Shown in pieces: positions 12,961 through 24,988 of a stretch of DNA of 64,000 nt. A program made the translations under genes and the position numbers. Source of the DNA: Octopus vulgaris. Taxonomy: Eukaryota. Each line of letters starts with the position of its first letter. Position 1 is the first letter of the stretch. The stretch covers positions 15,934,001-15,998,000 of the forward strand of contig OX597820.1 of NCBI GenBank assembly GCA_951406725.2, read 5' to 3'. The notes beneath the pieces were generated by a model. It worked only from the letters and a program-made list of their open reading frames with translations. It did not search any database and was not told where the DNA came from.

Positions 12961-13068
12961 CATTCATGCTGAAGCGTTCTGGATTCACAGAATCTATGGA
13001 ATATTCCTCAGAACACCATGCTAACCAAGCCCCTACCTCATCTTTCGTCCAGAGATGTGGTGATTTAG
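12961..13068 (-). CDS. ETV6: ETV6-like exon 2, SAM/PNT domain N-half (AKSPHLWTKDEVGAWLAWCSEEYSIDSVNPERFSMN)
   Basis: ctcttatag acceptor, GTAAGA donor, 108 nt, phase 1-1. Matches the Pointed pattern P..W...V..WL.W...E......F.MNG. Confidence 0.93.
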
Positions 13069-13582
13069 CTATAAGAGAGGAAACAAGAAAACAAATAAAT
13101 AACAGTAGGGAGAAGTAATTTAACTAATTAAGGGGGTGGAAAACATTGTGGTTCATCAATGGACGAGTGGCTGTATTATCCAATTATACATCATCACCAT
13201 CATATAAGTCTGTTTTCCCTGTTGGCATGGGTGGATGGTTTAGCAGGAGCTGTTAAGGTCGGAAGTTGCAGCAGGATTCAAATGTCTGTTTTGGCATGGT
13301 TTCTAGGGCTGGATGCCCTTCCTAATGCCAACCACTTTACAGAGTGTACTGGTTTCTTGGTTTTCTTTCTTCAGTCAAGTACCAGAAGTCACAACCATTT
13401 CAGACAGTTACACTTGAGATGGTTTGATTATATATATATATAGATAGATGCAGACATGATTGTGAGGTTGAGAAGCTTGCTTCCTCACAATATGGTCTCA
13501 GCTTCAGTTCCACTGTGCAGCATCTTGGGGAAGAATCTTCCTTGAGAGTGGATTTGGTAGGAGAAAACTGAAAGAGGTCCTA

Positions 13583-13619
<37 letters not shown>

Positions 13620-13898
13620 CTTTGTTTTGACATCACATGGTGATAATAAATGAGCATTGTTATAATGCATGTGCGTCTGGCTTTGGAGAAATATTACATG
13701 GCTTGGAAACAGGTGAGGGTTGGTGACAGGGAAGGCATCCAGCTGTGTAAAAAAATCTGCCTCAACAAATTCTATCTGACACATGCAAGCATGGAAAGGA
13801 CATGGGCATTAAATGATGATGATGGCAATGATGATGATGATGATGATGATGATGATGGTGATGATATTAAAAACAAGAGCAAATAACTGTGTACATAC

Positions 13899-14031
13899 CC
13901 AAGTTAGCTGGCATAACAGGTGTCGGACAGCTTAATGATGTGTTTGGTGATGATTGAATGGGACAGCTTAATGATGTGATATTGCTGCGTGGCGTTTCGT
14001 TGAGGATTTGCTGCGTAAACAGCTGCATCAT
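13899..14031 (-). CDS. ETV6: ETV6/7 (TEL/Yan)-like ETS factor, coding exon 1 (MMQLFTQQILNETP...VMPANL)
   Basis: Acceptor tttccag at 14050-14051, an in-frame TAA 5 codons before the ATG at 14031, and donor GTATGT at 13898 (phase 1). PANL continues into the PNT domain, like TEL 'PAHL'. Not in the ORF track. The symbol is a family-level call. Confidence 0.8.
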
Positions 14032-14173
14032 GTTCTTAGTAGTTTAACACTGGAAATAGACAGAACACATAATGAATTATAAAGTGAAACAACAAACAAC
14101 GTAACTGGAGCTGCCTTTATATCAATATAAGTCTCCTTATAACAATATAAGGCACCAAATATCATTCATATAT

Positions 14174-14426
14174 ATTGAAGCATATAAATGCTCTAAATAA
14201 TAGCATGTCAAAGGCATGGACTGATAGGGTCATTTTGAGCTATTTTGCACTCTTCAATACCAGATACTGTAGGAAGTGCTCTGAACTTGTTTTAATGTCG
14301 ATTGAAGCATATAAATGCTATAAATAATAGCATGTCAAAGGCATGGACAGATAGGGTCATTTTGAGCTATTTTGCACTCTTCAGTACCAGATACTGTAGG
14401 AAGTGCTCTGAACTTGTTTTAATGTC
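14174..14426. repeat. 127-bp tandem duplication
   Basis: attgaagcatataaatgc...ttttaatgtc at 14174 and 14301, with few mismatches. Confidence 0.92.
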
Positions 14427-14616
14427 TTTAATACCTTTTGCCCTTTAACTTTTTTCGACTCAAAAGTGTTGTATTTACATGTTTTCTTTTTATAGCATTT
14501 CTCTACTTCGAGATGCAATGTCAAAAACGAATTATTTCTCATTCTCTCAGAAATTTATAAATTGTTATGACATCAACAATATACACAAACACATATCTTT
14601 AATGTCTATCTATATT

Positions 14617-14658
<42 letters not shown>

Positions 14659-14773
14659 AATCTATCTATCTATATTTATGTATATATATATAGATACATC
14701 TATCTCTCTCTCTATTTATCTATATTTACATATATCCGTCTATACATATAGACACATCTATCTATCTATAAAT

Positions 14774-14825
<52 letters not shown>

Positions 14826-16416
14826 AGAGAGACAGACAAATACAGAAGAGAGAGAGAGAGAGAGAGAGAGAGCAAAACTCGAGGGTGGTCATGTTATCAG
14901 TGAAGACTAAGTAATGTTTAGCCACAGGTCAGCCTTGATTAAACATAGACTCAGATGTTGCTGTGAGGTAAGAAGTTTGCTTCCTAACCACATGGTTTTA
15001 GGTTCAACTCCACTGCAGGGCACCTTGGGTAAATGTCTTCTGCTCCTGTCATAGATTTTGCAGAAAGAAACTGATAGAATTCTATTACATATATATGTAT
15101 GTATATGTGCATATATGTATAGGTGTGTGCATTTCTTTGTTGTGACATTGTGTAATATATGCAAACAATTGTCACTATCATACAAGCAATAGCATTTATT
15201 TCCATTTGTTTCTAAGCAAGGTAATATTTCCTCATGTCTGGCCCATGGGGAAATATTACGTTGCTTAGAAACAGCTAAAAGTTGGTGATAGGAAGAGCAT
15301 CTAGCCATAGAAGTCTGCCTCAAAATAAACTCCATACACCTTATTCAAGCAGAGAGAAGCATGGACATCAAATGATGACAAAGACGATGATAAAAAAGAT
15401 GATGATGATGATGACAGCTAGTATTCCAACAGTGACCAACCTGTCATATTTTCAAACATAACATATCCTAGACCATACCAACCAAGGGTGTGCGTTGGCT
15501 GAGATTTGGCTACTATTTCTAGCATGCTGAGTAACCACATGGAGGCTCTCGCATTGGCTCAGCTGTAGTGGTGCTGTTGGAGGAGGTTAAGCCAATAATT
15601 TGAACCTTTTGATTATCAACCCACCTGAAACCAGCTCCTATTTCTTTGATACAAAATTCTCAGGTTTAAAGTGAGTTAAATCAAAACCGACCATCAAAAT
15701 TCCATGCTAATTTATATTTCAAACACCATCTTAATGACAAATTTTTACTAAATTCTTTATTATTTTCAAAAATATTTGAAACAAAGGCAGTGTGTTTCAC
15801 CAGAAATTTCGGATTGAAAATGGTTAATAACGACAAAGTCATTTTACTAAATTCTTCATTAGCTTCGGAATTAATTGCCACAAAGCTGGTTTATTTCAAG
15901 GGAAATATGTTAACAAAAGGGATAAGACACTTTAGAGATTCCTATTTAATTTTTTAAATTTTGGCATAAGTCCAGCAATTTTAAAAGGAGGGGTTAGTTG
16001 AAGCCATTAAATATTTGATAGGTATTTTATTTTGCTGTAGCTGAAAGGGTGAAAGGTAAAGTTGACCTCAGCAGGATTTGAACTTTCAATATAAGGAGTC
16101 AGAACAAATACTGCAAAGTATTTTTCCTATAGTCTATCGATTCTGCCAGCTTGCAGCCCTATTTAATGGAGCATCTGTAGACAAGAGAATTGAGATATAT
16201 GCAGAGCCAACATGAAAAGCACCTGTGCTGGTCTCATGTAAAAAGCACCAAGTAGGCATAGGAGTGGCTGTGTGGTAAGTAGCTTGCTTACCAACCACAT
16301 GGTTCTGGGTTCAGTCCCACTGCGTGGCACCTTGGGCAAGTGTCTTCTACTATAGCCTCGGACTGACCAAAGCCTTGTGAGTGGATTTGGTAGACAGAAA
16401 CTGAAAGAAGCCCATC

Positions 16417-16464
<48 letters not shown>

Positions 16465-16699
16465 GTGTGTGTATATGTTTGTTTGTCTTTGTCCCCCCAA
16501 CATCACTTGACAACTGATGCTGATGTGTTTACGTCCCCGTAACTTAGCGGTTCAGCTAAAGAGTCCGATAGAATAAGTACTAGGCTTACAAAGAATAAGA
16601 CCAGTCATGTCTTCAGGGAAAATTGGAAATGAAGGACACCACCTTCATGAAAGGGGCCACTTCTTGACAAATATCACGTCATATCAAAGCAAGAAGATT

Positions 16700-16987
16700 A
16701 TAACACACACACACATGCATACACACACACATGCATACACACACATGCATACACATACACATACAGATAGATAGATAGATAGATAGAAAGATATATATAT
16801 ATATATAGATAGATAGATAGATAGATAGACAGACATATAGATGGATAGACAGACAGACATATAGATGGATAGACAGACAGACATATAGATAGATAGATAG
16901 ACAGACATATAGATGGATAGATGCATAGATAGACAAACGGACAGACAGATAGATGGATAGATAGATAGATAGACAGATAGATGGATG

Positions 16988-17038
<51 letters not shown>

Positions 17039-17093
17039 TATAGATAGATAGACAGACAGACATATAGATAGATAGACAGGGATACAGACAGAC

Positions 17094-17140
<47 letters not shown>

Positions 17141-17170
17141 AAGAGAGACAGACAGATAGATAGGTATATA
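16700..17170. repeat. (GATA)/(GACA) microsatellite
   Basis: Direct inspection; similar tracts at ~24405-24620, 24910-24985, 46338-46415 and 54454-54757. Confidence 0.95.
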
Positions 17171-18369
17171 TGATGTTCTTTCAGTTTCTGTCAATCAAAT
17201 CCACTCACAAGGCTTTGGTCAGCCCAGGGTTATAGTAGAAGACATTTGCCCAAGAATCTGAATCTGTGGCTGGGAACCAATCTTCTTACCGCCCAGCCAT
17301 GCCCACCCCGACCCATTAAAGCAAAATATTTACCTCTTTTTGAAGTGTTATTTTAATTAGTGAACATTTAAGGGGGGCAATTCATTCTATTTATGTATGT
17401 TAGTCTCCTTCCACCCCCTTAATTAATACGATAAGGTTGTGCGCTGACGAAGCTTGTATAAGGAAAAGCTAGAGAGGAAAATCAAGTAATTATCCTGTTT
17501 GATATCAATCCACCTACGACCACCGCTGCTCTGTAATGCAAATTTCCTGCATTATAGTGATCTAAATTAAAATCTTCTATCAATTTGTTCTTTTAATCTA
17601 TGTTCCAAATTCCACCTCAAAAATGACAAAGTTATTATACAAAATTCTTCAAAATTTTTCGAAATTAATTGCAACAAAGGCAGTGCATATTAACAAAAAT
17701 ATGTATCAAAAGTGTAAAGCACAGAAGAAGTGAGCCTTGTGGTTTGTCCAGTTGTTGGTGTGTGATCCCAATCTACCAGTCAGCTCTGCCGGAGCCGAAA
17801 TTTGGTATGGATGGATCCAGTTATAAAGAACATGTGATGATGTGAGTTTCTGGATGAAACCATTCTCTTCTACTATTTTACTTGTTTCAGTCATTTGACT
17901 GCGGCCATGCTGGAGCACTGCCTTTAGTCGAGCAAATCGATCCCAGGACTTATTCTTTGGAAGCCTAGTACTTATTCCATCAGTCTCTTTTGCCGAACCA
18001 CTAAGTTATGAGGACATAAACACACCAGCATCGGTTGTCAAGCGATGTTGGGGGGACAAACACAGACACACAGACACACAGACACACACACACACACACA
18101 TATACATATATATGACAGGCTTATTTTTTTTTCCGTCTACCAAATCCACTCACAAGGCTTTGGTCGGCCTGAGGCTATAGTAGAAGACGCTTTAAAGACG
18201 GGCATACATTAAAGGTATGCCCGTCTCTGGAGTATTCAGCCACTTGCACATTAATTTCACAAACAGGCTCTTCGGTTGATTAAATCAACTGGAACCCTTG
18301 TCATCAAAGCTGATAGAGTACCTGTTAGTTATAGAACCAGAGTTGATTTTTTGAGACATTTTCTTGGAG

Positions 18370-18871
18370 AAAATACAAGTATAATACACAGGGGATTTTT
18401 AGGGGGCTGTACCTCTGAAAAACCTAAACCTTGTGTATAATACGCACCCCTTCTCTAACTTGAGTCGTGTGTAATTAAGCTAGCAGCATCTAGTTGAACA
18501 AACACTTCCGCGCATGCGTAATACAATAATGGTGATGTTCTTAACTGTTATATGGGAATGTAAATATGTTTACAAATTGCTTTTGTTACATGTTATTCTG
18601 TGTTCTGAATACTTTTATTTTAATAAATGTTGCTTACTGCAAGTTATGGATGATTCTTTTATAACTTCATTGCTTTTAGGCTTAGCTTAAGGTATTTTCA
18701 CGCCCGACATCACCAAATGTGTTTGAATAAACATTGCTGGACAGCAAATAGAGACTTGGACATTGCTTAGAAAATATTTTTCATTTTTATCCTCGTATAT
18801 AATACACACTAGGGATTTTGATCTTTAAATTTTGGGAAAAAAATGCAGATTATACTCGAGGATTTACGGTA
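18370..18871. mobile_element. Tc1/mariner (pogo/Tigger-like) non-autonomous fragment
   Basis: Right end attatactcgaggatttacggTA and internal gtataatac(g/a)cac repeats. Confidence 0.5.
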
Positions 18872-20314
18872 TCTTATATGCCATCAAAGAATGTAAAGGT
18901 AGAAAACTGGCAGATCTGTAGAATGCTTGGCAGCATTTCATCTGTTTTGATGCTCTGAGCCCAAATTCTGCCTTTCATCCTTTCAGGGTCAATGAAATGA
19001 GAACCAGCCATGTACTGGGGGAAAATGTAATTGACTTTTCCCCTCCCCTCAAAAACTGCTGTACCTGTGCCAAAAATTGAAAGGATTATATCTTTCCTAT
19101 CAATCGATATATCTGATGCTTGATGGCTTTTTGTCATCAAACGATAAAGATTTAGTTGTTCAGTCAACTGAATTTCCTACTCATTGACTTATATTAAGTG
19201 GCTGAGTATTCCACAGACACACATACCCTTAACGCAGTTCTCAGACAGAATGACACAGTGTAAGACAAGGCTGTGCCTTGGGATTACTGATACAGACCGT
19301 CTGACAGGCTTCGATACAGTTTCCATCAAACCAATTTCACTTGAAACATATTGGTCAACCTAAGTTTATAGACAATTACACTTGCCAAAGGCACCATGCA
19401 CTAGGACTGAACTTGTGACCCAGTGGTTGTATAACAAGCTTTTTTTTTAGCCATTATGAAATTAAGCAACTTGGAAAAAATAATTTAGATTTCAACATTA
19501 AGCATTAATATCTATGTAGCTTTATATATTTCTTCACCGCCCACAGGGGGCTACACATAGAGGGGACAGACAAAGGGATTAAGTCGATTACATCGACCCC
19601 AGTATGTAACTGATACTTATTTAATCGACTCCGAAAGGATGAAAGGCAAAGTCGACCATGGCGGAATTTGAACTCAGAACGTAACGGCAGACGAAATACG
19701 GCTACACATTTCACCCGGGGTGCTAACGATTTGGCCAGCTTGCTGCCCTATTAGCTTGCTGCCCTATGTAGCTATATAAGGCAGCGAGCTGGCAGAATCA
19801 TGAGCCTGTCAGGTGAAATGCTTAGTGGTATTTAGTCTGCCATTATGTTCTGAGTTCAAATCCCACTGAGGTTGACTTTACCTTTCATCCTTTCAGGGTT
19901 AATGAAATAAGTACCAGTTATAAACTGAGGTCTGTGTAATTGACTGACAACCTCACCCAAAATTGCTAACCTTGTGCCAAAATTTCAACTAATATTTGTT
20001 TATGAATATAATTTTTGTGCACAGGGCAATCGGATATAATATAGTACCACAGAAAAATGCAGTTTACCATTGTCACCCACAGAGGTACTCCAATTTTATG
20101 TTCCTTCTTTGTCTCTCTCTTTTCCCTGCAACTTGTTACTTATTTCAACTTTTAAAGAACCCTGACCACATTGACCTCACAAGTTTTGGAAAACTTAAGA
20201 TGGCCCTGAAAATAACCGTTCGATTCAGAGTTAACCAATGAAAATGAGGTAGATAGATCAATGAGTTCTGTAGAAATTGGTCCGGGCTCAGCCAACCGAA
20301 GAAAGCCACTAAGG

Positions 20315-20629
20315 CAGTGGTCCCCAACTAGGGTCCATATAAGCTCTTCTGGGGGTTCACACTAGCAAAATAATAAATTAAGGTCCCATGGTAGTATTTT
20401 AAGGGTTCATGTAAAGTTATGATTTAGATTTATGTATTGCAAGAAACAGTAAGGGTTCTTTCTCTAATGTTTATACAAGTGAATGCGTGAATAATAAAAA
20501 TAGGAGCTTTGAAAAAAATATCAATAAAATTAGTTTTTCAACATTGAACAGCTATGGGGGTTCACCAGAATAAAATAGTAACCAAAGGGGTCCATTGACA
20601 AAATAAAAAGAATTGATTAAGATCCACTG
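20315..20629. mobile_element. Degenerate hAT-like MITE
   Basis: CAGTGG...CCACTG ends, repeated GGGTCCA-like subterminal motifs, imperfect TSD. Confidence 0.5.
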
Positions 20630-21753
20630 ACTGAGGTGATGGGCATGGCAGCTGAAACCAGCTTAAGGTAGTTGTGATTGACGAGTGACCACAGATGGGA
20701 GCCTTATTCAGTTCTCACTGCCTTTCTCAAGCAAAGTTTTTCAACACTGAACGACCCATTCGGGGTCGATTAAATAAGTACCAGTTATGTTTGTCCCCTC
20801 TATGTGTAGCCCCCCTGTGGGCAGTGAAGAAATATATATAGCTACATAGATATTAATGCTTAATGTTGAAATCTAAATTATTTTTTCCAAGTTGCTTAAT
20901 TTCATAATGGTTAAAAAAAAAGTTTGTTATACAACCACTGAAGCAAAGTGTAAGTGGTTAAGGGGTGAAGCACTTGTGACCCTAGATATCTGCTGATGAT
21001 ACAGAAGGGATTTTGACGTTGTGATGCAATACCTCTGCATAGTTCCTGCTAATTGTGCATGGGCAAAGCACACTAGCATAGCTGGGAAGGGTGGTCTGCC
21101 CCAGACAGAACTTTTGGGTCTGCTGTAGGCAATATACGATTTCTGTGGGGTCTGAGGGTGGCAGATAGAAGGGCTACCCCAAGTGGCACACACTCTAGCT
21201 ACACTAGTAGCAAAGCATCTCTGATATTGAGCTCAAATATTCATTTGGGGTTTCAAAAAGGCAATTAGAAACCACTTCAATTTATTTTCTCTTCCATCAT
21301 TATAGCGAGGTGTAACTTTCAAGGGTGTGTTAAATACTATGTTAATGGCTTATAAGACAGCATCGTTAATTACTAACCAGATGGGAAGCAATGTCTAGAC
21401 AAATGGTTGCATATGCTCTTTCTTTCTCTTTTTCTCCCACCCAAATCACATGAACAGCAACCAGGACAAGTCCCACGCAGAAGCTTTAAATTATAGCTGG
21501 ATTATTCTTCTTATTCTTTTACTCGTTTCAGTCATTTGACTGCGGCCATACTGGAGCACTGCCTTGAGTGGTGTGGGATTTAGTCAAACAAATCACCCCC
21601 AAACCCTCCCGGTCTTATTTCTTAAGGCTAATTCTTATTCTATCGATTTCATTTTGCTGAACTGCTAAGTTACAGGGATGTAAACAAACCAACACCGGTT
21701 GTGAAATGGTGGTGGGGTGACAACCACAGACACAAAGACACATGCACATGTAG

Positions 21754-21792
<39 letters not shown>

Positions 21793-22187
21793 CGACGAGC
21801 TTCTTTCAGCTCCCATCTACCAAATCCACACACAAGGCTTTGGTCAGCCTGTGGCTATAGTAGAAGACACTTGCCCAAGGTGCCATGCAGTGGAATTGAA
21901 CTGGGAACCATGTGGTTGGGAAGCAAGTTTCTTACCACACAGTCACGCCCACATTTACATTCTATTTTGTATTCATTCCCAATTTTACATCATGAACCAA
22001 CTGCAAAAGTTTTAGATGTATATTATCTTTTATATTTTGCTTGTTCCAGGCAATGGACTGTTGCCATGCTGGAGCACCAGTTGAATAAATCCTCCTGACT
22101 ACTCAGATTTTTTTATAGCTAAGTGACAATGCTTTTTCACTGAAGTCAAGACAGCTCTTGGGTTTTGAGGATATGTGATTGGAAAAT

Positions 22188-22242
<55 letters not shown>

Positions 22243-22391
22243 CATGCTCAATCCAGGTAGCTGTACAAATGGAGAGGATCAGAAACAAGCAACACTGAGT
22301 GCTGGAAATTGGAGCCATTCAGTTGTAATGTATTGAAGAATTTTGAATCTTGCAATTTAATGCTTCTGGTGAATCAACAGATCTCCTCTCT

Positions 22392-22468
<77 letters not shown>

Positions 22469-22671
22469 TTGTATACTGTCAACTTAACGTGACAGTCCTG
22501 TAAGGGAATTACACCACTGCTGTTTAGCCCTAGGAAGCATCGACGCTTCCTGTCAGCCTTGACAGGATTGTCGCGTTAAGTTGACAGTTGACTCTATCGC
22601 TCCACCACTGTACATATCTCTATGAGATATTTAGAACTTTAATATTTCTGATATATATATATATATATATA

Positions 22672-22850
22672 TCATCATCATCATCATCATCATCGTTTAA
22701 CGTCCGTTTTCCGCGCTAGCACGGGTTGGACGGTTCGACCAGGGTCTGGGAAGCCAGGGGCCGCTCCAGGCTCCAGTCTGATTCTGGCAGAGTTTCTACG
22801 GCTGGATGCCCTTCCTAACGCCAACCACTCCGTGAGTGGATTGGGTGCTT
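22672..22850 (-). mobile_element. V-SINE-like 3' fragment with (GAT)n tail
   Basis: Minus strand has ggttggcgttaggaagggcatccagccgtagaa. Related pieces at 1-80, ~6945-7380, ~13190-13350, ~13710-13860 and ~15280-15410. Confidence 0.6.
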
Positions 22851-22882
<32 letters not shown>

Positions 22883-22966
22883 GTAATATTAGGGAGTATA
22901 ACTCCAAACTTACAGGGAAAAATTCAATTTAGTATTAAATCAAATTTTACAGTATAAATATATAAA

Positions 22967-23267
22967 ATATAAATTAGAGATAAAACCATTATTATGCAAC
23001 TCAAACAATGATAGACATAAACCAATACATAAATAACAAATAATATATATTTTTATTAAACATCATGATGATGATGATGATGATGATGATTAAACATATA
23101 ACTCTTAACTAGATCTCAAAAAGTATAAAATAAAATATCAATATATGAGATCTAGTTATAAGTCATATGTTTTATAAAAAATATATATTATTTGTTATTT
23201 ATGAATTGGTTTATGTCTATCACTGTTTGAGTTGCATAATAGTTGTTTTTATCTCTCTAATTTATAT
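22967..23267. repeat. AT-rich ~95-bp-arm inverted repeat, related flank to the 9641 element
   Basis: The arms mirror each other. Adjacent 22890-22950 is the reverse complement of ~9840-9910. Confidence 0.75.
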
Positions 23268-24417
23268 TATATATATATATATATGTATAGGGAGAGAGAG
23301 GGAGGGAGGGAAAGTGAGAAAAACATACACATACACATACACACACAAAAGCAAATATATCTACATACATGTGAAGACAATCATACATGCATATTCATAA
23401 ATGTAAATACAAACACATGTATTCACAAACACAGATAAGAAATAGGAAGTTTGGCTTGTGTTTAAGTGGAGGTGTACATGCATACGACTCTGCATGTGTG
23501 TGTGTGTGTGTCTGTGTGTCCGTGTAAAGACTGATATCTGGTAGCAGGGTTATGCTGAATCATGCACATTTCTTTTCCTCTTCCTCCTCCTCCTCCTTCC
23601 CCACCAGTACCATCATTACCACTACTAAACCACCCGAACAACAAACCTAAAAAGTGGCCGAGTATTCCACAGTATACCCTTAGTATAATCCTCAAAGGGG
23701 ACCAGCATGACAAAGCTGAGTGGTTTGAGTTCAATGTACAATCCACCCCCCAACGGGCTTCCGTACAGTTTCCGTCGACCCAGTTTCTCGTGACACGGCC
23801 TGGGTCAAACGCGAGGCTATGGCAAAAGACGCTTGACCCAAGATACCATGCGATGAGATCGAACTCAAGCTCTCATGATCGTGAAGCAAACTTTTCGATT
23901 CCTCATTCAAGCCAATCAGGACGCTTCTACACGTCGCCCGATCTGCTAGAAATAGCAGTCAAATCAACTTGAAATTATTCCTAAATGTATTCAAAGGAAA
24001 AGCAGCACCTTGAATAATGTAATCCTAGATATATTATGCCTAAATAAAAGGCGGATTTGTCCAAGATGGAATGCTTTATATCAGATAAGTTTGATACAGG
24101 GCTGACCTGTCTTTAGAACAAACAGTAGACATTGCCATTTCTGCGGCGCAGTGGCGAAATTGTTAGAGCGTTGGGAAAAATGATTTGCAGTGCTTCTTTC
24201 GGCTCTTTAAGTTCTAAGTTCAAATTCTGCTAAGGTCAACTTTGCCTTTCAAATCTTCGGGACCAATAAAATAAGGTACCAGTCACGTACTGACAACGAT
24301 AGTATCGACTTCTACGCATTCTCTCAAAAATGCCGGCCTTGTGCTTAAATTTGATGTCATTATTATTATTATTATATCTTTCTCTCTCTCTACACACACG
24401 TGTATAGATAGACAGAC

Positions 24418-24455
<38 letters not shown>

Positions 24456-24547
24456 GTGGATGGATAGATAGATAGATAGGTGGATGGATAGATAGATAGA
24501 TGGATAGATAGATAGATAGATGGATGGATGGATAGATAGATAGATAG

Positions 24548-24623
<76 letters not shown>

Positions 24624-24922
24624 TGTTTCTTTATTAGCCACACAGGGCTGAACACAGACGGGACAAATTACAAAGTAGAGCTTTTCTTTTGGGGGGAGAA
24701 AAAAATAAAATAAAATAAAAAGTGGGGTAGGTTTTCGATCAAAAGGGATCGTAAAAAGAAAGAAAAAAAATTAAAATAAATAAAATAAAATAAAAAACGA
24801 TCAATAGGGATCGTGTATCACAGAAATGTCATGATGTAAAGTGTAAAGGGGGAAACAGATAAGGTGGGAAGAAAAGCATACGGAAAAGACCACGGTAACC
24901 TCGGTCAATAGATAGATAGATG

Positions 24923-24988
<66 letters not shown>

